Shown here in pieces: positions 1-9,465 of a stretch of 64,000 bases of DNA; within the stretch, counting starts at the first letter, position 1, and each line of letters begins with the position of its first letter. A program made the translations under genes and the position numbers. The DNA comes from Candidatus Falkowbacteria bacterium (GTDB lineage Bacteria; Patescibacteriota; Patescibacteriia; XYB2-FULL-38-15): contig JBBIUS010000002.1 of the NCBI GenBank assembly GCA_037440105.1, positions 2,685-66,684 on the forward strand, given 5' to 3'. Below the pieces are notes generated by a model. The model was not told where the DNA came from, did no database searches, and worked only from the letters and a program-made list of their open reading frames with translations.

Positions 1-18
1 TAAAAACATAAATTTTTA

Positions 19-146
19 AATTTCTAATTGCTCTAATGTCTAATAAAACTCCAACCCTCAAATCCCAATGATTAGAATTTTAGATATTTAGACATTGACC
101 ATTGGTCATTTATTAGGTTAATTAGAGATTAGGTCAATTAGAAATT
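19..146. repeat. Long imperfect intergenic hairpin built from 7-nt words
   Basis: AATTTCTAATTG (19-30) is the exact reverse complement of CAATTAGAAATT (135-146). Inner blocks CTCTAAT/ATTAGAG and TCTAATAAA/TTTATTAG also pair. The arms are runs of TTCTAAT-like heptamers. Confidence 0.7.
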
Positions 147-153
147 TTAATGT

Positions 154-1011
154 ATGTTTGACCCAGTTTGCGGAATGAAAATTGAAGAAAAGGAAAATAA
201 AAGTGAGTATGCTGGCCATACTTATTTTTTTTGTAGTTCAAGGTGCAGGGAAGAATTCAAAAAAGACCCACAGAAATTTATTTCAGAGCCGATCATTAAG
301 TTAGAAGAAGTTTGGAAAATTTATGAGTTAGGTAAAGTAAAAGTGCCGGTTTTGCGCGGTTTGAGTTTGCGAATTTATCGAGGGGACTTTGTAGCAATCA
401 TCGGTCCTTCTGGATCCGGCAAGACCACGGCTATGAACATGGTCGGTTGTCTTGATTGGCCAACGCGGGGCAAAATTTTTTTAGATGGACGCGACATCTC
501 AAAACTGCAAGAAAACCAATTAGCTGAAATTCGCGGTAAAAAAATAGGCTTTGTTTTTCAGCAGTTTAATTTGATTTCTTCCTTGTCAGCCCTGGATAAT
601 GTTTTATTGCCGCTTACATTTCAAAATGTGCCAAAAGATGAAGCTAACAAGAGGGCTTTGTCTTTATTAAAATTAGTGGGTCTTAGTGAGCGCGTCAAGC
701 ATAAACCGTCAGAGCTTTCTGGTGGTGAACAGCAAAGGGTGGCTATTGCAAGAGCTTTGGTTTCTAATCCAGAAGTTATTTTGGCTGACGAACCAACTGG
801 TAATCTTGATTCTGAGACTGGAAAAAAAGTTATGGATCTTTTGGTTAGTCTTTGGGAAAAAGAGAAAAAGACTTTAATTGTTGTAACTCATGACCCATAT
901 GTTGCTTCTTTTGCTAGGCGGCTTTTAAATTTGCGTGACGGAAGAATAATCGCGGATCATGGTTATGTGGAGCAGTTTTTATGGAAAAATAAGGTTCGGG
1001 GAGGTAAATGA
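154..1011 (+). CDS. ABC transporter ATP-binding protein (MacB/LolD/FtsE-like) with N-terminal YHS/TRASH-type Cys domain
   Basis: 285-aa ORF. N-terminus DPVCGM...YFFCSSRC (YHS-like), then Walker A GPSGSGKTT, signature LSGGEQQRVAIARAL and Walker B ILADEPTGNLD. Confidence 0.85.
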   Translation: MFDPVCGMKIEEKENKSEYAGHTYFFCSSRCREEFKKDPQKFISEPIIKLEEVWKIYELGKVKVPVLRGLSLRIYRGDFVAIIGPSGSGKTTAMNMVGCLDWPTRGKIFLDGRDISKLQENQLAEIRGKKIGFVFQQFNLISSLSALDNVLLPLTFQNVPKDEANKRALSLLKLVGLSERVKHKPSELSGGEQQRVAIARALVSNPEVILADEPTGNLDSETGKKVMDLLVSLWEKEKKTLIVVTHDPYVASFARRLLNLRDGRIIADHGYVEQFLWKNKVRGGK

Positions 1012-1130
1012 GGCTTAGAAGTATCTTGTGGCATTGTTATGGTGCGAATTGGGGCCTCTAAGGTGGTTGTCGCTCCAAAAATGCTACGAACCGAGCTGAT
1101 TTTCGCTAAATAAAATTGATAGATTTTTGT

Positions 1131-2327
1131 ATGTTATTAGATTTTTTTAAATTAAGTTTTCAAAGTTTAAGGCATCGTAAATTGCGGAGTTGGCTTACAA
1201 TCCTCGGCATTATTATTGGCGTAATGCTTGTGGTAACTATGATTTTTTTGGGCGAAGGAATGAAAATAGCTGTTTTACATCAAATGAAACTATTTGGGAC
1301 TGACCTTATTTTTATTTTGCCGGGTGAAGAGACAAATCCATTTTTAGGTTTTCTCGGCGGGGAAGAGTTTAAAAACAAAGACATCGAGATTGTCAAAAAA
1401 GTAAAAGGAGTTGAATTTGTTTTGCCTTTTGCGACAAGAGCGTTAAAGGCTGAGTTTAAGGGTGAAGAAAAGTTAATTACGCTTGCAGGCGGTCCTTGGA
1501 CAGAAACAAGAATAATTTTTGAACAATCTCAGGGTTTTGTGATGGAAAAAGGGGATTGGCCAAAAAGAGATGACACTGGTGAAGCGGTTTTGGGCTCGCT
1601 TGTGAGCAGCAAATTTAGAAATGAAATTGAAGTTGGTGACTCTTTAGTGATCCGCGGGAAAAAAATAAAAGTATCAGGCGTATTTGCTCCCACAGGCGAT
1701 CCAAGCAATGATTCATTAATTTATTTATCTTTGGAAAAATTTCGTGAAGTGACAGGAAAAAGAGAAGGAGTTCTCGAAATGATTGTCAAAACAGAGCCTG
1801 GCTATGATCCAGATTTAGTTGCAGAAGACATTAGATACGAATTAGGAAAAGAAAGAAAAGCAGAAAAATTTGCTGTTTTAACTATGGAGAAAACGCTTGA
1901 TGTTGTAGGCAATATTTTGGGGATAATGGAGCTAGTTTTAGGCGGCATCGCAGCAGTGGCGCTTGTGGTGGGCGGGGTTGGAATTATGAATACTATGTTT
2001 ACAGCTGTTTTGGAACGGACTCGTGAGATCGGGTTAATGAAAGCGATCGGTGCCAAAAATTTTCAAATCACAATTTTATTTTTAATTGAGTCTGGCATAG
2101 TCGGTTTAGTAGGTGGATTAATTGGTCTTGGTTTAGGTATGGCAGTGGCAAAAGCGACAGAACTAGTGGCTTTGGCATACAATTTTAAATTTTTAAAAAT
2201 AGAATTTTCTTTGCCAATAATTATTTTAATTTTATTTTTCGCTTTTCTTTTTGGTTCTTTAGCAGGATTATTGCCAGCCAGAAGAGCTGCACATTTTAAC
2301 CCAGCACAGGCGTTGAGGAAAAAATAA
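1131..2327 (+). CDS. ABC transporter permease, FtsX/MacB family
   Basis: ATG at 1131 is in frame with the track's TTG at 1116, and MLLDFFKLSFQSLRHRKLRSWLT parallels the N-terminus of the paralog at 2570. It has an N-terminal TM, a large extracytoplasmic loop and a C-terminal FtsX domain (GIMNTMFTAVLERTREIGLMKAIGA). Confidence 0.85.
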   Translation: MLLDFFKLSFQSLRHRKLRSWLTILGIIIGVMLVVTMIFLGEGMKIAVLHQMKLFGTDLIFILPGEETNPFLGFLGGEEFKNKDIEIVKKVKGVEFVLPFATRALKAEFKGEEKLITLAGGPWTETRIIFEQSQGFVMEKGDWPKRDDTGEAVLGSLVSSKFRNEIEVGDSLVIRGKKIKVSGVFAPTGDPSNDSLIYLSLEKFREVTGKREGVLEMIVKTEPGYDPDLVAEDIRYELGKERKAEKFAVLTMEKTLDVVGNILGIMELVLGGIAAVALVVGGVGIMNTMFTAVLERTREIGLMKAIGAKNFQITILFLIESGIVGLVGGLIGLGLGMAVAKATELVALAYNFKFLKIEFSLPIIILILFFAFLFGSLAGLLPARRAAHFNPAQALRKK

Positions 2328-2330
2328 ACA

Positions 2331-2499
2331 TCTACGAAATTACGAAATTTTTAGAAAGTACGAAAATATATTTTTAAAATATATTTAAAAATGAATAAAA
2401 CAATAAGTTTCTATAAGTCTCAGAAAACTCATAGAAAATGATAGAAGCCGGCAGAAATTTATTGCTTTCGTATTTTCGCACCATTTCGTATTTCGTAGA
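2331..2499. repeat. Long intergenic hairpin built from ACGAAAT words
   Basis: TCTACGAAATTACGAAAT (2331-2348) pairs with ATTTCGTATTTCGTAGA (2483-2499) with a 1-nt offset. Further TACGAAAAT / ATTTTCGCA blocks lie inside. It sits between the two permease genes. Confidence 0.6.
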
Positions 2500-2569
2500 A
2501 AATTGGTGTAGGAGTAAACAAAATTGATGATAGCAAGATTACAGATAAAATATCACGCACCACACAAAT

Positions 2570-3772
2570 ATGTTTAAGGATTTTTTGATTTTAAGTCTTA
2601 AAAATTTGAAATATCGCTGGCTGAGAAGTTTATTGACAATTGTTGGCGTTATCATTGGTATTGCTATTGTTATTGCTGTTCTTTTTTTGGGTAATGGATT
2701 GGAAAATTCAGTTAGAAAATTATTAAATAGATTTGGGGGAGATTTGGTTTTAATCATCCCAGGCGAAGTCACTGATCCAACTGCTAGATTATTTGGCGAA
2801 GCGAGATTTAAAGAAAAAGAGATTGAGTCAATAGAAGAAGTTTCTGGCGTTGATTTAGTTTTTCCTTCGGTTGAGTCAAAATTATCAATTGCTGAATTTT
2901 TAGGCGAAGAGAAATCCGTTTCTCTGCATATTGCGCCGTGGGAGGGAACCAGAAGAATTTTTGAAGAATCCCAAGGGTTTAAATTGGAAAAAGGGGGTTG
3001 GCCTACTAAAGAAAATGTAAGAGAAGTAATTTTAGGGAAAAAATTTGCTCAAAAAAAATTTAAAAATGAAATTCGCGTTGGCGATGAGATTACTATTAAG
3101 GGCAGGAAATTTGAGGTAGTTGGCATTTTTGCTGAAATGGGAGAACAAATGCATGACAATTCAATATTTATTTCTTCTGAAGCTTATAAAAATTTGACCG
3201 GCGAGAAGGTAGAATATTTGCTAATTACAGTAAAAATACTTTCCGGTTTTGATCCAGCACGCGTGGCTTCTGACATTGAATATACTTTAAAAAAACAAAA
3301 AGGCATCACTGAATTTTCTGTTTTAACAAGCGACAAAGCGATGCGGATTGTTGGCGATATTATTGGGATAATTGAGCTGGCTTTATTTTTGATTGCAAGT
3401 ATTGCTTTGGTTGTTGGAGGTATTGGAATTATGAATACTATGTATACCTCAGTTTTAGAGAGAACATCAGAGATTGGAATTATGAAGGCAGTTGGCGCTA
3501 AAGCAAAAAATATTTTGTTAATTTTTACGCTAGAAGCAGGAATGATTGGTATATTAGGCGGACTATTGGGGGTAATTTTTGGTGCTTTGCTTGCTAAATT
3601 AGTGGGACTCATTGCTCATGGCCAAGGTTTTCTTTTACTTCAAATTGATATCGCGCCAAAAATTGTTATTAGTATATTATTTTTTGCTTTTTTGGTCGGG
3701 GTTATTTCTGGGTTTTTGCCAGCTTTGGCTGCGGCTCGACTTAAACCAGTTGATGCCTTGAGGTACGAATAA
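2570..3772 (+). CDS. ABC transporter permease, FtsX/MacB family (second copy)
   Basis: 400-aa paralog of the 1131-2327 product with the same architecture. FtsX motif GIMNTMYTSVLERTSEIGIMKAVGA. Confidence 0.85.
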   Translation: MFKDFLILSLKNLKYRWLRSLLTIVGVIIGIAIVIAVLFLGNGLENSVRKLLNRFGGDLVLIIPGEVTDPTARLFGEARFKEKEIESIEEVSGVDLVFPSVESKLSIAEFLGEEKSVSLHIAPWEGTRRIFEESQGFKLEKGGWPTKENVREVILGKKFAQKKFKNEIRVGDEITIKGRKFEVVGIFAEMGEQMHDNSIFISSEAYKNLTGEKVEYLLITVKILSGFDPARVASDIEYTLKKQKGITEFSVLTSDKAMRIVGDIIGIIELALFLIASIALVVGGIGIMNTMYTSVLERTSEIGIMKAVGAKAKNILLIFTLEAGMIGILGGLLGVIFGALLAKLVGLIAHGQGFLLLQIDIAPKIVISILFFAFLVGVISGFLPALAAARLKPVDALRYE

Positions 3773-3823
3773 AAGTCAACTATTTACAATTAACTATTAA
3801 CGATTAACATTTAACTATTCACT

Positions 3824-4654
3824 ATGAAAGGAAAGTATTTAAACTTTATTTTTATTAATTTATTTTTTGTTGCCGCAGTGTTTTTTTGCATTTTTACTTT
3901 ACTTCAAGGGAAAGCAGCGCAGAATTTTTTAGTGATTTCAATTTTCACTCTTGTTATTTTTCTTTTTTCACTTTGGCACTCTTTAATTAAATTTGGTTTT
4001 AAAAATGCTTTTTTCTTTTTATTTATTGCTCTTTTTTTAAGTTTTGCGGCAGAAGTTATCGGCGTAAATTTGGGTTATGAATTGCAAGGGTATTACAAAT
4101 ATTCAGATTTTTTGGGGTTTAAAATTCTTGATGTTCCGGTTTTGGTAATTTTGATGTGGGTTTCCGTAATTTACATTTCTTACCAAGTTTCAGAGCATAT
4201 CACCGATTTTAGATTTGAAAAAAATACAACTTTTTTACAGAAATTTTGGGTTAGTATTTGGAGCGCTTTTTTAACTGCTTTAATCACTGTTGCTTGGGAT
4301 ATCGGTCTTGACCCATTGGCTGTAAATTTAGGCTGGTGGGTTTGGGAAAAGGGCGGAGAATATTTTGGCGTGCCAATAGGTAATTTTATTGGTTGGATGA
4401 TTATTTCTTTTATCATTGTTTTTATTTTTAAATTATTTTTTGAAAAAGAATATTTAGAGAAAGAAACAGTAGCGGATTACGCTCCTTTAATTTGTTATAC
4501 GCTTTTGTGTTTTTCAACAATTTTTTTAGCGCTTTCTCAAGGAAGTTCGCTTTTTGCTTTTATTGTTTTTGTTAGCATGTTTCCAATTATTTCTATAATG
4601 ATTGTAAGGCTTTTGGTTATTCAACTTAGATTGCCGAGGCAATATAAAAAATGA
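3824..4654 (+). CDS. Polytopic membrane protein, possibly carotenoid-biosynthesis-associated (DUF422-like) family
   Basis: 276-aa ORF with many hydrophobic segments. The W/G-rich block DPLAVNLGWWVWEKGGEYFGVPIGNFIGW resembles that family from memory. Function is uncertain. Confidence 0.5.
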   Translation: MKGKYLNFIFINLFFVAAVFFCIFTLLQGKAAQNFLVISIFTLVIFLFSLWHSLIKFGFKNAFFFLFIALFLSFAAEVIGVNLGYELQGYYKYSDFLGFKILDVPVLVILMWVSVIYISYQVSEHITDFRFEKNTTFLQKFWVSIWSAFLTALITVAWDIGLDPLAVNLGWWVWEKGGEYFGVPIGNFIGWMIISFIIVFIFKLFFEKEYLEKETVADYAPLICYTLLCFSTIFLALSQGSSLFAFIVFVSMFPIISIMIVRLLVIQLRLPRQYKK

Positions 4655-4927
4655 TTAAATTTTTTTATGTTATTTTGATGGTTCCGGGATAGAAAATATT
4701 GATTGAAAAACTTTAGAATAAAGATTTTTTCAAGTTATTTCAGCGCAAGACTACTTTATATTAGCATAAATCAACTTCTACGATTACAAATATAAATAGA
4801 TTTTCAAGACATCTTAGTGTGTTTATCAAATAAAGGGGTTGAATTTTATTTTAAAAATGGTTATATTATTTATTATATAAAATAATAAGAAGAAAGATCT
4901 TTTAAATTTTTTGAAAAAGGAGGAAGC

Positions 4928-5974
4928 TTGTTTAAAGGAAAAAAGCCGTATGTAGTACTTTATGCCAACCGTCGAGCTGGCTGGCGTCACGAAAGATGGT
5001 GGGCGCTTGATAAGTGGGCACTTGAGGAAGGCATCAAAACTTATGCTTTAACAGAAATTGAGGAAATTATACCGATCATTGAAAAATTCAGCGAACAGAT
5101 TCGGCTTTTGCTTGTTTACGGCGGGGACGGGACTTTGTTTCACATCACAAATAGTTTATTGAAACAAAGGAATTTTAAGAATTTGCCGATAATTGTTCCT
5201 GTTGGGGGAGGGACTATGAATCGGCTGAGGCAGTGGAGTCTTTGGATAGGAGAACCGATTCATAACGCAAAAATCGCTCTTGAACTTTTTGAAAGCAAGC
5301 GTTTGCCGCAGTTGCCGCTGCCTCTGCTTGAAGTGCGTTGGGGAGAAAATTGCTATCGAGCAATAACTTTTATGGCCGGCGTACCAGTTCGGGTAATGCA
5401 CAAGTATTCTAATTTCAAAACAACGCCTTTTATTGCCGGATTATTTGTTTTAGGTGCTCTTGCTTCGGGAATTTTAAGCTGGCCGAAATTTTTTACAGGC
5501 CTTTACGATCAAATTGACGTTGAAATAACGGTTGATGGCAAAAAGTTGCCGAACAATAAATATCTTGTTGTTATTAAAGATGTCCTAAGACAGTTGATCT
5601 TTTTCGCTGAGCCCTATCGAGGCGCTTGCTCTCCAGTTCAATCTTTCTCTTTAGCATACGCTATTGATTACAAAGAAACAGCACAGAAATTTTTAGGGAT
5701 TTTTTTTGGCCGAATTCCGCAAAATGATGAACGATATTTTAACCAACCGTCCGCAGAAATGAAAATTATGCCGCGCGAGGAAATTCCTTTCACACTTGAC
5801 GGCGAGTATTTTTCGGCAAAAAAAGACGAAATAATCACTATTTCGCCAGGTCCAATTGTGCCGGTGGCAGCAAATCCTATGGTTCACTTGCCATTTTTAA
5901 AGAGGCTTTTTGACCAAAAAGATCGTTTTAAGGAACTGCTAAGTTATGTATTGCCTACTAAAAAACAAGCATAG
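4928..5974 (+). CDS. DAG-kinase/YegS-like lipid kinase family protein
   Basis: 348 aa. TTG start preceded by AAGGAGG (4917-4923). GGDGT motif (LLLVYGGDGTLFH) of the diacylglycerol-kinase catalytic domain. Confidence 0.65.
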   Translation: MFKGKKPYVVLYANRRAGWRHERWWALDKWALEEGIKTYALTEIEEIIPIIEKFSEQIRLLLVYGGDGTLFHITNSLLKQRNFKNLPIIVPVGGGTMNRLRQWSLWIGEPIHNAKIALELFESKRLPQLPLPLLEVRWGENCYRAITFMAGVPVRVMHKYSNFKTTPFIAGLFVLGALASGILSWPKFFTGLYDQIDVEITVDGKKLPNNKYLVVIKDVLRQLIFFAEPYRGACSPVQSFSLAYAIDYKETAQKFLGIFFGRIPQNDERYFNQPSAEMKIMPREEIPFTLDGEYFSAKKDEIITISPGPIVPVAANPMVHLPFLKRLFDQKDRFKELLSYVLPTKKQA

Positions 5975-5997
5975 CCTTTAGGCTTAAAGATACAATG

Positions 5998-6022
5998 GCG
6001 GACCCCGAGAGGTTCGCTTTTT
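5998..6022 (+). terminator. Rho-independent terminator
   Basis: GCGGACC (5998-6004) pairs with GGTTCGC (6011-6017), including one G:U valid on the + strand. It is followed by TTTTT. Confidence 0.6.
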
Positions 6023-6057
6023 AATTTTTATTAATTATTCCATTGTTATCTTTTTTT

Positions 6058-6066
6058 TGCTATAAT
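6058..6066 (+). promoter_or_regulatory. Extended -10 promoter element (TGcTATAAT)
   Basis: TGC TATAAT lies 24 nt upstream of the ATG at 6090. Confidence 0.4.
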
Positions 6067-6089
6067 ATTAATATACCGCTATTAAATTT

Positions 6090-7478
6090 ATGATTACTAT
6101 TGATTTAAGCTATTTTGAAATATTAGGAACAATGTCGCCTCTTGTGATTATGTGGCGCCTTTTTATTGACGGCGGATGGATTCCGCTTTTAGCAGTTTTT
6201 CTCTGGGGTTTTTGGAATTTGTGGGTATTTTCTCGGCAAATTAAATATAGTGAAAAAAGGAGATTTGTCCTTTTAGCCGTTGATATTCCTAAAGGCTCTG
6301 AGCAGTCGCCAAAAGCCGTAGAAAATATTTTTGCTCATTTAGACGGAGCGCACGGCACAGAAACTCTTTGGGAAAAATATTGGGAGGGGAAGACTCAAGA
6401 TTGGTTTAGTTTTGAAATTGTGAGCATTGGGGGATATATTCAATTTTTAGTTTACACAAGGGATAAATTTCGTGATTTGGTTGAAGCAGCAATTTATGCG
6501 CAATATCCTGACGCAGAAATTACAGAGGTAACAGATTACACTGATGCGGCGCCAAAAAAATTCCCAGACCCTGAATATGAGATGTTTGGCGCAGAATTTA
6601 TAAATGCTAAACCGGAAGTTTATCCGATTAGAACTTATGTTCAGTTTGAACATTCTTTAACTCAAGAGTTAAAAGATCCAATGGCTGCTTTACTTGAGAA
6701 TATGGGCAAAATTGGCAAAGGAGAGCAGATTTGGTTTCAAATCGTTATAACTCCGATTAGCCAGAAAGAATGGAGGGCAGCCGGAGAAAAATTAGTTAAG
6801 AAATTAATCGGAGTAAAGGTTGAAGAGAAAAAAACTCTCTTAGGTAAAATAGTAGACTTGCCAGCAAAAATAGTGAGCCCAGCCTTAGAGCAAGTCCTTG
6901 GTCCAACAGCCACCCAAGGGAAAAAATCTGGAGCTGAAGTGCCGAGTTTAGTGCCCTATCTTTCTCCCGGTGAGCGCTCTACTATTGAAGCAATCCAAAA
7001 TAAAATCGCGAAAATTGGTTTTAAAACTAAAATTAGGTTTATTTACTTAGGCAGAAAAGAAGTTTTTCAAAAAACGCGGGGTGTTAATCCAATGGTTGGG
7101 GCAATCAAGCAGTTTAACACTCTTGATTGTCAAAGTTTAAAACCAGAATTAAAAAGAGTCGGCACAAGAGCGCACTATGTTTTTATTAAATGGAGGATTA
7201 AAAGAAGGCAAAATAAATTAATGCGGGCTTACCGGGCACGGAGTAATTGGCGGGGCGCCGGGAAAGGTTTTGTTTTAAATATTGAAGAATTAGCAACTCT
7301 TTGGCATTTTCCGGCTCCCTGGATTAAAGCGCCTCCTGTTAAAGTTGTTGAATCTAAGCGCGGAGTACCGCCAGTGAATTTACCAATTGAGAGGTCAAGT
7401 TTTATAAAACCAATTGCTGAGATAGAAAAGGAAAAACAAGAAATAGAAGGCCCGCCGACAGAGTTGCCGGTTGAATAG
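6090..7478 (+). CDS. Membrane protein of unknown function, upstream partner of the TraD-like ATPase
   Basis: 462 aa. Two N-terminal TM helices followed by a soluble domain with no recognisable catalytic motif. The stop lies 30 nt before the co-oriented ATPase gene. Confidence 0.75.
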   Translation: MITIDLSYFEILGTMSPLVIMWRLFIDGGWIPLLAVFLWGFWNLWVFSRQIKYSEKRRFVLLAVDIPKGSEQSPKAVENIFAHLDGAHGTETLWEKYWEGKTQDWFSFEIVSIGGYIQFLVYTRDKFRDLVEAAIYAQYPDAEITEVTDYTDAAPKKFPDPEYEMFGAEFINAKPEVYPIRTYVQFEHSLTQELKDPMAALLENMGKIGKGEQIWFQIVITPISQKEWRAAGEKLVKKLIGVKVEEKKTLLGKIVDLPAKIVSPALEQVLGPTATQGKKSGAEVPSLVPYLSPGERSTIEAIQNKIAKIGFKTKIRFIYLGRKEVFQKTRGVNPMVGAIKQFNTLDCQSLKPELKRVGTRAHYVFIKWRIKRRQNKLMRAYRARSNWRGAGKGFVLNIEELATLWHFPAPWIKAPPVKVVESKRGVPPVNLPIERSSFIKPIAEIEKEKQEIEGPPTELPVE

Positions 7479-7508
7479 GCTTATAGGTCATAAAGTTTAA
7501 TAAGTCTT

Positions 7509-9266
7509 ATGAACAACCAAGAAATAGCAATTTTTGGTGAAACAAATTTCCGTGGCCAGCGGAGGCGTTTTGGCATTAAAACCGACGATCGGCGTCGGCA
7601 TATGTATTTGATTGGTAAAACCGGCATGGGCAAAACGACGACTTTAGAAAACATGATCATCTCAGATATTAGAGCCGGCTACGGCGTTGGTGTTGTTGAC
7701 CCTCATGGCGATTTGGCTGAGAAAATTCTTGACTTTATTCCTTCAAATCGAATTAATGATGTTATTTATTTTAATCCAGCAGACTTAGATTATCCGATAG
7801 CTTTCAATATTTTAGAAGCGATTGACCACAAGTATAAACATTTAGTTGCTTCTGGTATGATGGGAGTTTTTAAAAAAATTTGGCCAGACGTTTGGTCAGC
7901 CCGAATGGAATACATTTTAAATAACACAGTTCTTGCTCTTCTAGATTATCCTGGCGCGACCATGCTTGGGATCAACAGAATGTTGGCTGACAGAAATTAC
8001 CGTAAAAAAGTCATCGCTAAGATTAAAGACCCGGTTGTTAAAGCTTTTTGGGTTGATGAGTTTGCCAGATATAATGAAAGATTTGCTACTGAGGCGATAG
8101 CCCCAATTCAAAATAAAGTTGGCCAATTTCTTTCTGCTTCAATTATTAGAAATATCGTTGGTCAAGTTAAATCAACCATTGACATGAGAAAAATAATGGA
8201 TGAAGGGAAGATATTCATTATGAATTTGGCCAAAGGAAGAATTGGAGAGGACGCGAGTGCTCTTTTAGGAGGGATGTTAATTACGCGTCTTCAACTCGCG
8301 GCTATGGGCAGAGTAGATATTCCTGAAGAAGAGCGCAGAGATTTTTATCTTTATGTTGATGAATTCCAAAATTTTGCAACTTTAAGCTTTGCTAATATTT
8401 TGTCAGAAGCAAGAAAATATCGTTTAAATTTAATTTTAGCCCATCAATATATTGAGCAGTTAGATGAAAAAGTAGCCGCCGCGATCTTTGGCAATGTTGG
8501 TACTATAATTTGTTTTAGGGTCGGAGCGGCTGATGCTGAAGAATTAGTCAAAGAATTTACGCCGTATTTTACAGAAGAAGATTTAGTTAATCTTACAAAA
8601 TATGACATGTATATAAAATTGATGATTGACGGCGTTGCCTCAAGTCCGTTTTCTGCTTCTGGCTTGCCGCCGGTCACCGGCGCAACGGGCAACAGAGAAA
8701 AAGTGATTAAAGTTTCAAGAGAACGATATGCCAAGCCAAGGGAATTAATCGAAGAGAAAATTATACGCTGGAGCGGCGTGGAAATTTTTGAAAAAGGCGA
8801 AGAAGCATTAGAAAAAGAAATTGAAGAAAAAATTTTGAAAAAGAAAGAAGAGTCAACTCTTGGGGAGGAGCCTTTAAAGGAAACTAGTCTGGAAGAAAAG
8901 GCTAGAGCCGTTAGAGAGGCAATATTAGAAAGGCCTAAAGCGAAATCAGTAGATTTCCTAAAGCAGATTGTTTTCGAAGAAGCGAAAGAGAAACAAGAAA
9001 AAGAAAAAGAAGTAAAGGTTGAATTACCAAAACCGGCATCACAAATTGTAACTCCTCCAGAAGGACCGCCAGAAAAGAAAAAAAAGACATACGAAGAGTT
9101 GTTTCCTTACGAAGTTAAATGTTCATTATGCGGCAAGGATACTCGGGTTTCATTTAAGCCCGATGGAAAGCGCCCGGTTTACTGCAAAGAGTGCTTGAGA
9201 AAAGTAAAAGAAAAAGAAAGGCAAGCGAAGAAGGCTCAAAAGAGCAGTCAGCCACAAACCAAATAA
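7509..9266 (+). CDS. VirD4/TraD/TraG-like P-loop NTPase (no TM) fused to a C-terminal CxxC-x17-CxxC zinc ribbon
   Basis: 585 aa. Walker A GKTGMGKTT, Walker B-like FYLYVDEFQNF and LILAHQYIEQL. A K/E-rich linker precedes C-terminal CSLC-x17-CKEC (nt 9120-9194). Confidence 0.8.
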   Translation: MNNQEIAIFGETNFRGQRRRFGIKTDDRRRHMYLIGKTGMGKTTTLENMIISDIRAGYGVGVVDPHGDLAEKILDFIPSNRINDVIYFNPADLDYPIAFNILEAIDHKYKHLVASGMMGVFKKIWPDVWSARMEYILNNTVLALLDYPGATMLGINRMLADRNYRKKVIAKIKDPVVKAFWVDEFARYNERFATEAIAPIQNKVGQFLSASIIRNIVGQVKSTIDMRKIMDEGKIFIMNLAKGRIGEDASALLGGMLITRLQLAAMGRVDIPEEERRDFYLYVDEFQNFATLSFANILSEARKYRLNLILAHQYIEQLDEKVAAAIFGNVGTIICFRVGAADAEELVKEFTPYFTEEDLVNLTKYDMYIKLMIDGVASSPFSASGLPPVTGATGNREKVIKVSRERYAKPRELIEEKIIRWSGVEIFEKGEEALEKEIEEKILKKKEESTLGEEPLKETSLEEKARAVREAILERPKAKSVDFLKQIVFEEAKEKQEKEKEVKVELPKPASQIVTPPEGPPEKKKKTYEELFPYEVKCSLCGKDTRVSFKPDGKRPVYCKECLRKVKEKERQAKKAQKSSQPQTK

Positions 9267-9465
9267 AGCACGCATTCAAAATTCTCTGGTTAGCTGATTT
9301 GCGGCGGAAAATTATGAGTCAGGAATTAAGAATTATGGTTTAATTTGATATCCCTTAATTCATGATTCATGCTGCATGCTTCAGAAAAATTTGAATGTGT
9401 TTTTTAAATCTCAGATTTGGGGTATAATGCAAGGTAAGAATTTAATCTAAATTGCGTCTATTTAT

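Noticed and set aside
1008-1061. 17-codon ORF overlapping the ABC ATPase stop (ATGA) with GGGGAGG upstream
   Set aside because: It is too short and unsupported by anything except the overlap geometry. It could equally be a chance ORF in the 119-nt spacer before the permease gene.
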